NCBI GenBank assembly: GCA_950097015.1
Contig: CATNEN010000034.1
Span: forward strand, 3,906,001 to 3,970,000
Source: Macrostomum hystrix
Lineage: Eukaryota > Animalia > Platyhelminthes
Reading direction: 5' to 3'
DNA length: 64,000 nucleotides
In this document: positions 35,792 to 46,162 of the stretch, piece by piece
Numbering within the stretch: position 1 is the first letter of the stretch
Layout: each line of letters begins with the position of its first letter
Position numbers and translations under genes: made by a program
Notes under the pieces: model-generated
What the model saw: only the letters and a program-made list of their open reading frames with translations
What the model was told of the DNA's origin: nothing
The model's database searches: none

Positions 35792-37085
35792 ATGCAGCGA
35801 GATCAGCGAGCGGTTCACCTAGTTGACAAGCACCTTCAGGCTGACGTTGCCTCGCCGGAGCTCTGCCAGCAGCTGGTCAGGCGGCTGTCTCAGCACCGCA
35901 GTGCCGGCTTATTCAACGGAATCTTTCGCATCGCCTTTCGCCTGATTCTAATCTACGCATTCTGCTCAGTTAGCCTGCACTGTTTTGAGAACACTTTCCC
36001 GAATGTGTCGAAGTCGGTGCGCACCGGCCGCACCCTGTCCTACCTGAACCTCATCTACCTGAAGTCCTACCGATGGCTGTCTGTTCAGGTTGGCCTCTAC
36101 AAATCCGAGATTTTGCACAGCCGCGACAGGGAAGCCTGTCTGATCCCAAATCCGTTCTACAAGCCGGCTGAGATGTGCTGCGACTGTCCGGAGCCAATCA
36201 GAACTCGCCAGGTGTCGCTCAATAACAAAGCGGGTCGGCTGGCCTATCGGCGCTCAGTGGATCGGCACGTGACGCCTTTTCACGTAGTGGACAGCGGGCA
36301 TCTACCAATCAGCTTTGCCCAGCTGCGCAGAACAGTGAGTGTTTTGGCTGAGACAGGATCTACTACTTGGTACAGCAATGCAAGGATTGCTAATCTATCC
36401 CATGGATGATGGAATAGAATGGATTGCTAATCTATCCAACTTGGATGATGGAATAGAATGGGTTGCTAATCTATGCCAGCACATCGGTGAGCAAGTCATC
36501 GCGTGCTCGAATCCGCAGGTGTTGGACGCCTGGTCGGACGTTAGTGCCGGTTCCAACCGAGTCGCCTCCACGCCAGCCGAAGGTCCGTCGACTCTGGCTG
36601 AACTCGTTGAGGCGGAGCAGCCGTCCGCTGCCACCCGGTTGACCTCCTGGATCTTCGGGCACATGTCCGCCATCCGGGCGATGCGCAAACTGGTGCCCAG
36701 ACCGCCGTTCATCCAGCCGGATGTTGAGACCAGCATGGCCAGGGCCTTCTACCTGCTGACCGGCTCCGAGCACACCTGGCTGGTCGGGGATCTGTCCCAG
36801 TTCCAGGGCCACGCGGTACTGATGGCACTGCACGGTAAACTCAGAGTGACTCTGTCGCACAAGCCAGCCTGCTGTCTTCGAAGCCATGGCAACGCCAGCG
36901 CGGAGTTGTCACCCGGTCAGGCTTTGGTGGTGCCAACCAGTTGCTTCCAGGTGCACTTCAGTCGTCATGACAACGCCGGGGCATACACATTGGCCTATCT
37001 GTTTAGTGTGTTCTCATCGACTGGCATCAAACAGGCGGCGCCGGTTACTGGCCGAGTTCCCGAGAATGATGACGTGGAGGACTGA
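35792..37085 (+). CDS. C6orf89/BRAP-like protein, paralog B, about 369 aa
   Basis: Exons 35792-36334 and 36519-37085 (GTGAGT...CCGCAG, phase 0) join the two ORF-track frames. CLIPNP...CCDC, TPFHVV, WIFGHMSAIRAMRKLVPRP, LSPGQALVVPT align with paralog A. Confidence 0.75.
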
Positions 37086-37269
37086 GTCAAGGAGGCGATC
37101 GATAATACTACCAGAATCACAGACGCTTCGTCGAGAATTCTCAAGTATTCTCGTCGGGGTTTCTGGGGGGCAAAAACTGGCTACTGTTGTCGATTATATC
37201 GTTCATTTTATATTTATTTAACCAATACCGGTTTATATAGAGCAGTATCTGTTGTACTAGACAAGTACA

Positions 37270-37420
37270 GCTGAACATCTCGATGATGTTAACGTCGGAG
37301 GGCTTTGAAAGTTCATCGTACGCTCGTAAGGGGTGTAAAATCGTGATCCATTTGGTGGACTTTCACAAAATCGGTCATTCGGTTTGGGAGCGAAGTAGGC
37401 AGTGGCCCGTGGTCTTTCCC
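37270..37420. repeat. Unclassified dispersed repeat with a second copy near 49570-49720
   Basis: Shared block GATCCA..TGGTGGACTTTCAC.AAAATCGGTCATTCGGTTTGGGAGC. Confidence 0.6.
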
Positions 37421-37612
37421 CGGGGGAAAAATAGCGAAGTCTTTGTACCTGTGTCAACAAAGTTCTATATTATATTGTTTTCACAGACAATTTTTTACAT
37501 TTTCTTGCACTATTGGAAAGTAAGTCTTTGTGCGTGTATTTTATTGGTACATTCAAAGAAATCAAATATAAGTGATTTGCGAGCCAATCATGAACCAAGT
37601 AGCCAATCCGAA

Positions 37613-37705
37613 TCCTGATTGTTTTTTTCGGACTGCGAGGCACCCGCGGCCCTGTAGTGAGGGCGCAGCTATTTAGACGCGCAGTCGTCATGGTTACCAT
37701 CAGGA
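37613..37705 (-). promoter_or_regulatory. SECIS element of SelW paralog 1
   Basis: Minus strand: helix I TCCTGAT/ATCAGGA; core ATGAC...CGAA; helix II GACTGCG/CGCAGTC; AAA 13 nt after ATGA; extra apical stem CCCT/AGGG. Confidence 0.88.
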
Positions 37706-37876
37706 CGCTTGTTGGATTTGTTTGAGCAACAACTACTGGCATGAAACTAATAACAAGAAACGAAATAGGTAGAGCAGATAGATTTTTAACGGCTTTGAAA
37801 TTTGTTATAAATTGTTATAAAACGTGTGATCGAGAAAATAAATCCAATTCTTGGCAATTTAAACTTTTTCAAGCTA

Positions 37877-38052
37877 GGGGCTTGTAGTCTATTGGTTAGA
37901 GCGTCGGACTTGAAGGTCGGAGGTTCGATTCCAGAATCAGTTTGCATCCTTTCGCAAGACACTTAACGCTGCATTGCTTCAGTTAACCCAGCTGTTAATT
38001 GGGTGTTAAATGGTTGTAAACCAGCATTTGCTGGGGTAATTGAGGGTGGGAG
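37877..38052 (+). mobile_element. tRNA-derived SINE (family A) with a CORE-like central domain, antisense in the SelW1 3' UTR
   Basis: Same head as the 5002 copy; CCTTTCGCAAGACACTTAACGCTGCATTGCTTCAGTTAACCCAGCTGTTAATTGGG resembles the MIR CORE consensus. Confidence 0.7.
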
Positions 38053-38146
38053 AGGGTTTCTTAAAAAAGATCCCAGATGAAAGTTCTCAGGATGACAACA
38101 GAAATAGTAATAAACAAATCTGTGTCAATATGCTATTCTCTAAAGT

Positions 38147-41100
38147 TCAACCTTCCCGCTTCTTCAATGCCGCCTCCAAGGCTGGCCAGACATCTTCGAC
38201 CTCCGGGAAGCGGCCTTCGCTCAGCTTGGAGAACACCTGGACTCCTTCGATTGTTACCTCGAATTGGTCAGTCTGCTCTCGCGTGGCCTCGCCTGTCACC
38301 TCGATTCGTCTGGCGGCTCCGGTACCGAGGCGGCCAAGAAGGTCCTGCTTCAGCCGCCTGTACCTGCCGCCATAGAATCAGGAGCCGCTGCGGGAGGGGG
38401 TTTCATAATCGCTTGAGCACTGATTCTGAGGCTCAAACGAGCGTATATTACAGCGTGTGCGATATGAATGGAATGGCTGAGATTTCTGACGTGAGATTTT
38501 GAGAAAACAGTCTGAACATTGAAGAAATCTCAGGTGAGATTTGAGAAACCAGACTAAACCTTGAAGAAATCTCAGGTGAGACTTAGAGAACCCAGACTTA
38601 ACTTTGAAGAAATCTCAGGTGAGATTTTGAGAAACCAGACTTAACTTTGAAGAAATCTCAGGTGAGACTTAGAGAAACCAGACTGAACTTTGAAGAAATC
38701 TCAGGTGAGATTTTGAGAAAACAGTCTGAACATTGAAGAAATCTCAGGTGAGATTTGAGAAACCAGACTAAACGTTAAAAAAGTCTCAGGTGAGATTTGA
38801 GAAACCAGACTAAACGTTAAAAAAGTCTCAGGTGAGATTTTGAGAAACCAGTCTCAACTTTAAAGAAGTTTCGGGTGAGATTTTGAGAAAAGTCTCAACT
38901 TTGAGTACTCTTAGGTGAGATTTTAAGAAACCAGTCTCAACTTTGAAGTTGTCTCAGGTGAGATTTTGATAATCCAGCCTTAACTTTGAAGAAATCGCAG
39001 GTGAGATTTTGATAATCCAGCCTTAACTTTGAAGAAATCGCAGGTGAGATTTTGATAATCCAGCCTTAACTTTGAAGAAATCTCAGGTGAGATTTTGATA
39101 ATCCAGTCTCAACTTTGAAGTTGTCTCAGGTGAGATTTTGATAATCCAGCCTTTACTTTAAAGAAATCTCAGGTGAGATTTTGATAATCCAATCTCAACT
39201 TTGAAGTTGTCTCATGTGAGATTTTGAGAAACCAGACTTAACTTTGAAGAAGTCTCAGGTGAGACTTTGAGAAACCAGACTTAACTTTGAAGAAGTCTCA
39301 GGTGAGATTTTGAGAAACCAGACTTAACTTTGAAGAAATCTCAGGTGAGACTTTGAGAAACCAGACTTAACTTTGAAGAAGTCTCAGGTGAGACTTTGAG
39401 AAACCAGACTTAACTTTAAAGAAATCTCAGGTGAGATTTTGAGAAACCAGACTTAACTTTGAAGAAGTCTCAGGTGAGACTTTGAGAAACCAGACTTAAC
39501 TTTGAAGAAGTCTCAGGTGAGACTTTGAGAAACCAGACTTAACTTTGAAGAAATCTCAGGTGAGACTTAGAGAAACCAGACTGAACTTTGAAGAAATCTC
39601 AGGTCACATTTTGAGAAAACAGTCTGAACATTGAAGAAATCTCAGGTGAGATTTGAGAAACCAGACTAAACGTTAAAAATGTCTCAGGTGAGATTTGAGA
39701 AACCAGACTAAACGTTAAAAAAGTCTCAGGTGAGATTTTGAGAAACCAGTCTCAACTTTAAAGAAGTTTCGGGTGAGATTTTGAGAAAAGTCTCAACTTT
39801 GAGTACTCTTAGGTGAGATTTTAAGAAACCAGTCTCAACTTTGAAGTTGTCTCAGGTGAGATTTTGATAATCCAGCCTTAACTTTGAAGAAATCGCAGGT
39901 GAGATTTTGATAATCCAGCCTTAACTTTGAAGAAATCGCAGGTGAGATTTTGATAATCCAGCCTTAACTTTGAAGAAATCGCAGGTGAGATTTTGAGAAA
40001 CCAGTCTCAACTTTGAAGTTGTCTCATGTGAGATTTTGAGAAACCAGACTTAACTTTGAAGAAGTCTCAGGTGAGACTTTGAGAAACCAGACTTAACTTT
40101 GAAGAAATCTCAGGTGAGATTTTGAGAAACCAGACTTAACTTTGAAGAAGTCTCAGGTGAGACTTTGAGAAACCAGACTTAACTTTGAAGAAGTCTCAGG
40201 TGAGACTTTGAGAAACCAGACTTAACTTTGAAGAAGTCTCAGGTGAGACTTTGAGAAACCAGACTTAACTTTGAAGAAATCTCAGGTGAGATTTTGAGAA
40301 ACCAGACTTAACTTTGAATAAATCTCAGGTGAGATTTTGAGAAACCAGACTTAACTTTGAAGAAATCTCAGGTGAGATTTTGAGAAACCAGACTTAACTT
40401 TGAAGAAGTCTCAGGTGAGACTTTGAGAAACCAGACTTAACTTTGAAGAAATCTCAGGTGAGACTTTGAGAAACCAGACTTAACTTTGAAGAAATCTCAG
40501 GTGAGATTTTGAGAAACCAGACTTAACTTTGAAGTTGTCTCAGGTGAGATTTTGAGAAACCAGACTTAACTTTGAAGAAATCTCAGGTGAGATTTTGAGA
40601 AACCCGACTTAACTTTAAAGAAATCTCAGGTGAGATTTTGAGAAACCAGACTTAACTTTGAAGAAGTCTCAGGTGAGACTTTGAGAAACCAGACTTAACT
40701 TTGAAGAAATCTCAGGTGAGATTTTGAGAAACCAGACTTAACTTTGAAGTTGTCTCAGGTGAGATTTTGAGAAACCAGACTTAACTTTGAAGAAATCTCA
40801 GGTGAGATTTTGAGAAACCCGACTTAACTTTAAAGAAATCTCAGGTGAGATTTTGAGAAACCAGACTTAACTTTGAAGAAGTCTCAGGTGAGACTTTGAG
40901 AAACCAGACTTAACTTTGAAGAAATCTCAGGTGAGATTTTGAGAAACCAGACTTAACTTTGAAGAAGTCTCAGGTGAGACTTTGAGAAACCAGACTTAAC
41001 TTTGAAGTTGTCTCATGTGAGATTTTGAGAAACCAGACTTAACTTTGAAGAAATCTCAGGTGAGATTTGAGAAACCAGACTGAACCTTGAAGAAGTCTCA

Positions 41101-41250
41101 GGTGAGATTTTGAGGCACAACTCAGGTATCAACTCAGGTGAATTCCTAGGTAAGATTTTGAACTGAAATTTCATTGATAATAGGACGTATTCTGTATATT
41201 CAATAGCCACTAACTTACCAATGAACCACATGGACTCTGACTTTCACCAT
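38147..41250 (-). CDS. SELENOW: Selenoprotein W-like (Rdx family) paralog 1, CxxU motif, 90 aa
   Basis: Exon 1 41250-41219 (MVKVRVHVVH+TG, donor GTAAGT); exon 2 38387-38147 (C-GS-U-FYGGRY...FEVTIEG...FSKLSEGRFPE); Sec TGA at 38380-38378; SECIS downstream. Confidence 0.88.
38490..41110. repeat. 43-bp satellite (TCTCAGGTGAGATTTTGAGAAACCAGACTTAACTTTGAAGAAA), about 60 copies, filling the SelW1 intron
   Basis: 43-nt periodicity with blocks of variant units repeated at larger scale. Confidence 0.95.
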
Positions 41251-41842
41251 TGCGAATGCTTCGATTGACCTAAAATTGTTTAACCAAAGAACAGTTGTTG
41301 AGAATTGGCAGAATGTTTTTACGAAATTACAAGTTGTAAAATAATAATTTTCCTTCCTTTCGTATAGAACAGCGAGAGACAGCGATGCGTTTTCTATAAA
41401 ATGTACTTTTACAGTGAAGCTTTTTCTAACTCGCCTCTGTCAGACCTACCTAACCCAGCCTCTGTCCCATCAAACAATGATGTACAGTCTCCAGCTCTCT
41501 ATGCACAGTGATAGTGTTCTCAATCGTGCAAGAAAGAATGAGAAAATGAAGAATAAATTCCACACAGAACCGGTTTTCAACCGGTTCAGAGTTGTCCAGG
41601 TTTGTGTTCCTTAGTTTTTTTGACTAAGATGAAATGAATAATAAAACTAATTAGCAAACAAACAAGAATATTTGTTTAAAACTCTGTTTGCTTAAAAAGT
41701 TAGATTTTAAATTTTAATTTATTTGTTAATGTTGAATAAGCAACTTTTTTGTTAAAATTAATTTTCAATAGCCTAGAATTTTTTGCATAGGGGCTTTCCC
41801 CGAATCAGATCGAGGCACCGTCGGGATATTCAACGCTCCGGC

Positions 41843-41932
41843 TCTGGTACGGCTTGGTCGGACCGCACGGCCAGTGGCTCCCCCCGTCTAGGAAGAGGAC
41901 TGTTTAATCGCGCGGTCGTCATGGTTACCAGA
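41843..41932 (-). promoter_or_regulatory. SECIS element of SelW paralog 2
   Basis: Minus strand: helix I TCTGGTA/TACCAGA; core ATGAC...CGAC; helix II GACCGCGCG/CGTGCGGTC; AAA; apical hairpin CTCTTCC-TAGAC-GGGGGGAG. Confidence 0.9.
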
Positions 41933-42053
41933 TGCAGAGCGGGAACACCCTAAGAGCTCTCACTGAGCGGGTGGAGTTTGAGTTCTAACTATTAGTAGCG
42001 GAGCGTCAGACTAAAGGCGTCTAATTTTTAGTGCTGTTTTCTAAGAAAATCCG

Positions 42054-43144
42054 CTACTTCTTCAGCGCAGCCTCCACGGCGGGCCAGACGTCGCTAACTT
42101 CCGGGAAGCGGCCTTCGCGAAGCTTGGAGAAGGCCTCGACACCGTCGATGGTCACCTCGAATTTCCCGGTCCTCGTTGGCGTCGCCTCGCCCGACACCTC
42201 GATTTTGCTGGCGGCCTCGCTGCCCAGGCGGCCCAGCAGGTCCTGCTGGAACCGCCGGAACCGGCCGCCGTAGCCTCAGGCTCCGCTGCGGGCGGGCGTG
42301 GGTTCGATTCCCAATTTTCAGGTGAGATACTCTCCCTTATCTACCTACAAGACTGACTGGCCAGGTGAGATACTCTCCCTTATCTGCCTACAAAACTGAC
42401 TGGCCAGGTGAGATACTCTCCCTTATCTGCCTACAAGACTGACTGGCCAGGTGAGATACTCTCCCTTATCTGCCTACAAGACTGACTGGCCAGGTGAGAT
42501 ACTCTCCCTTATCTGCCTACAAGACTGACTGGCCAGGTGAGATACTCTCCCTTATCTGCCTACAAGACTGACTGGCCAGGTGAGATACTCTCCCTTATCT
42601 GCCTACAAGACTGACTGGCCAGGTGAGATACTCTCCCTTATCTGCCTACAAGACTGACTGGCCAGGTGAGATACTCTCCCTTATCTGCCTACAAGACTGA
42701 CTGGCCAGGTGAGATACTCTCCCTTATCTGCCTACAAGACTGACTGGCCAGGTGAGATACTCTCCCTTATCTGCCTACAAGACTGACTGGCCAGGTGAGA
42801 TACTCTCCCTTATCTGCCTACAAGACTGACTGGCCAGGTGAGATACTCTCCCTTATCTGCCTACAAGACTGACTGGCCAGGTGAGATACTCTCCCTTATC
42901 TGCCTACAAGACTGACTGGCCAGGTGAGATACTCTCCCTTATCTGCCTACAAGACTGACTGGCCAGGTGAGATACTCTCCCTTATCTGCCTTATCTATTT
43001 AGCAGTTAAACAGCCACTTTAAGTTAGATAGCAACTAAGCAGGTCATTCTACGAGTATAAATCATTTAATGTAACGCTCAGTAGATAAATATAAAACGCA
43101 CAAATAGCTTACCAGTAAACCACGTGAACTTTAACCTTGCCCAT
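42054..43144 (-). CDS. SELENOW: Selenoprotein W-like paralog 2, canonical YCGAUGY, 87 aa
   Basis: Exon 1 43144-43113 (MGKVKVHVVY+TG, donor GTAAGC); exon 2 42285-42054 (C-GA-U-GYGGRF...GEATPTRTGKFEVTIDG...FSK); Sec TGA at 42278-42276. Confidence 0.92.
42318..42990. repeat. 43-bp minisatellite (CAGGTGAGATACTCTCCCTTATCTGCCTACAAGACTGACTGGC), about 15 copies, in the SelW2 intron
   Basis: Near-perfect tandem units. Confidence 0.95.
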
Positions 43145-43569
43145 ATCACTATAACTAGCCTAGTATTTGTTGAGTTTGCGACCTGTTCTTTCTGTAATCT
43201 CAATGCAGAATTTGCGGTGAATGCAGCAGAACTATAGCAGGACTTGCTCCGGCTGAGGCGAGAGAAAACTCACCCAGCCCATTTTTATAAGGCTCTTTGA
43301 GCATATAGCTAGGCATCTCTCTGCCCATGGGACAATGGAGACGAAGTGTACAGTCAGTACGAGTACAGTGCGCAGTGGCCAATGGTTACAAAATGACCAA
43401 TAGTTTGTCATGAAGGTTGAAGTGCAAATGTCTGGAAAAATCTGAAAATGCTCAAACACAGAATGCTAAAGTTTTTTGTTAATTTGAGAGTATAAGAAAA
43501 TTAGAGATAAAAAATTTAGTATCTGCATGAATAAAATATCTGGGTTTGTAATAGTGACAAACATATTAA

Positions 43570-44235
43570 GGTTTGTAGTAATGACAAACAGATCAGGGTT
43601 TAGAGTAATGACAAACAGATCAGGGTTTAGAGTAATGACAAACAGATCAGGGTTTAGAGTAATGACAAACAGATCAGGGTTTAGAATAATGATAAACAGA
43701 TCAGGGTTTAGAGTAATGACAAACAGATCAGGGTTTAGTGTAATGACAAACAGATCAGGGTTTAGAGTAATGACAAACAGATCAGGGTTTAGAGTAATGA
43801 CAAACAGATCAGGGTTTAGAATAATGATAAACAGATCAGGGTTTAGAGTAATGACAAACAGATCAGGGTTTAGAGTAATGACAAACAGATCAGGGTTTAG
43901 AATAATGACAAACAGATCAGGGTTTAGAGTAATGACAAACAGATCAGGGTTTAGAGTAATGATAAACAGATCAGGGTTTAGAGTAATGACAAACAGATCA
44001 GGGTTTAGAATAATGATAAACAGATCAGGGTTTAGAGTAATGACAAACAGATCAGGGTTTAGAGTAATGACAAACAGATCAGGGTTTAGAGTAATGACAA
44101 ACAGATCAGGGTTTAGGGTAATGACAAACAGATCAGGGTTTAGAGTAATGACAAACAGATCAGGGTTTAGAATAATGATAAACAGATCAGGGTTTAGAAT
44201 AATGACAAACAGATCAGGGTTTGGAATAATGACAC
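43570..44235. repeat. 27-bp minisatellite (GTAATGACAAACAGATCAGGGTTTAGA), about 24 copies
   Basis: Tandem units just downstream of the fibrinogen-domain gene stop codon. Confidence 0.95.
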
Positions 44236-44285
44236 AGATAAAGAAGTAAAGAATTTAAAATGGTGCCAAGAATTCCGTACTCCGG

Positions 44286-46162
44286 CTACTGCATCTGAAG
44301 CATCAAGAGGATCTTCTTCAATGTCTTGTAGCTCAGTGCATAGTAGCAGCTCATATAAGCTTGGTTAAAGTTTCTATCAGTACTAGAGTACATTCCATTC
44401 GGGTTGAAGTGACTGCAGCTGCGGAACCAGAAACCGGAGGAGCCATATAATTGGCTGCAAGAACTTGAGCTCAAATCATTGTCGCGATCCTTCGTGGAGA
44501 ACATGCTGCTGTTCACCAACGCCAAGCAGTCACCGGAGGTGTTGGAGTTACTACTCAGATAGGCTGCGTAACTCATGGCATAGTTTGAGTCGGAATTTAG
44601 GATTTTGAAGCCCGAGAACTCTGACACGAAGAATCTGCCATCGATAGTGAGCATTTCGACACGCAGAGTGCGGCCAGTTGGCTGCGTCAGGCTGTGCATC
44701 TGTTTCAGACCTGCGTAATTCATCAATTATCCGAGAATGAGAGAGAGACTTTGAGACTGACCATGTTAACTACTAGTATATTTAACTCATAGTCCGGTGT
44801 GTTTCCTTTTGAAAGCTGAATCGCTTTCCTAAATCTTGGATCTTAGTGTAATTCAGACATTCCTGACACCATTTTCCATACACCCTGTTACCTACCCTCA
44901 TTCCCTACACTCCCATTCCCGACCCCCTTCACTATACCCCATTCCCTACACCTCATTCCCTTCACTCCATTCCCTACACCCATTCCCTCCGACCCATTCC
45001 CACCACTCCATTCCCAACACCCCATTCCCTTCACTCCACTCCCTACACCGCATTCCCTTCACCCCATTCCCTTCACTCCATTCCCTTCACCCCAATCCCT
45101 CAAGCCCATTCCCTTCACCCCAATCCCTCAAGCCCATTCCCTTCACCCCAATCCCTCAAGCCCATTCCCTTCACCCCAATCCCTACACCCCATTCCCTTC
45201 ACCCCATTCGTTAGCAAGAGCTCACCGGCCCAGAACTCGGTGGAGTTGCCGAATCCGGCCTCGTAGTCGGTCCAGCCTCTGTCGAAGCTCACCTGGCCAT
45301 TCTGTCTCTGCTCAATCACCCAGAAGCGTCTCTGGCCAATCAACAGCTCGAACATCGGGTACGGCGGCTGTGGAAACTCTTTGCTGAATACGGAGCCGCC
45401 AGATGGCGCTACACAGAAGCGGGAGCTATCAGAGAGGGTGCAGATTCCGTCGCTAAAACTAAACGATAGCCACCTGTCTGACTGACTGCTAAGCACCGAG
45501 CACTCTAGGTCGCTGCGGGCGATCATCCTGGCTGTTTCAGGGGTGCAGCTGTCGCCAGACGAAGGCACGGCACCGAAGTGGATTGTCTGCACTGAAGATA
45601 AATCAATATGAAGGCTTTCATACTGAGAATGAGTGTAATCTCACTCTTACACTCCCACTCAAACTCACATGATCTCTCATTCTCTCACTCTCACTCTCTC
45701 ACATCACTCACTCTCACACTCTCACATCTCTTACTCTCTCACTGTCACACTTTCTCACTCACGCTGACAGTCAGCACACTCACACTGACAGTCAGGACAC
45801 TCACATTGACAGTCAGGACACTCACATTGACAGTCAGGACACTCACACTGACAGTCAGGACACTCATACTGACAGTCAGGACACTCATACTGACAGTCAG
45901 GACACTCACACTGACAGTCAGGACACTCATACTGACAGTCAGGACACTCATACTGACAGTCAGCACACTCATACTGACAGTCAGGACACTCATACTGACA
46001 GTCAGCACACTCATACTGACAGTCAGGACACTCACACTGACAGTCAGGACACTCACACTGACAGTCAGGACACTCACCAAGTTCAGCATTGACAAGTAGA
46101 GACGGAGACCGAAGAACAGCCGTGTATGCTAGGACAAAGGCAAATGCCGTAAACAGATACAT
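44286..46162 (-). CDS. Secreted fibrinogen-related protein: signal peptide, PAN/apple-like module and FBG domain, about 291 aa
   Basis: Exons 46162-46078, 45591-45226 and 44710-44286 are phase-consistent. FBG motifs VIEQRQNGQVSFDRGWTDYEAGFG, EFWAGL, LRVEM, MFSTKDRDND, C...Y.SSGFWFRSC...NPNG.Y. Confidence 0.9.
44860..45210. repeat. Degenerate (CCCATTCCCTTCA)-like repeats in fibrinogen-gene intron 2
   Basis: Low-complexity imperfect units. Confidence 0.75.
45750..46077 (-). repeat. 21-bp minisatellite (GTGAGTGTCCTGACTGTCAGT) starting exactly at the 5' splice site of fibrinogen-gene intron 1
   Basis: About 15 units; the first unit is the authentic donor. Confidence 0.95.

Noticed and set aside
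36384-36480. Frameshift pseudogenising paralog B at a 37/39-bp duplication
   Set aside because: The duplication lies inside a canonical GTGAGT...CAG intron (36335-36518) whose removal restores frame and alignment to paralog A
38490-41110. CRISPR array (also the 43-bp and 61-bp arrays)
   Set aside because: Contiguous tandem units with no unique spacers, eukaryotic context and no cas genes
43527-44249. 240-aa ORF of MTNRSGFRV repeats
   Set aside because: A 27-bp unit without a stop in one frame gives an open frame automatically; it is antisense to the flanking genes with no other coding evidence
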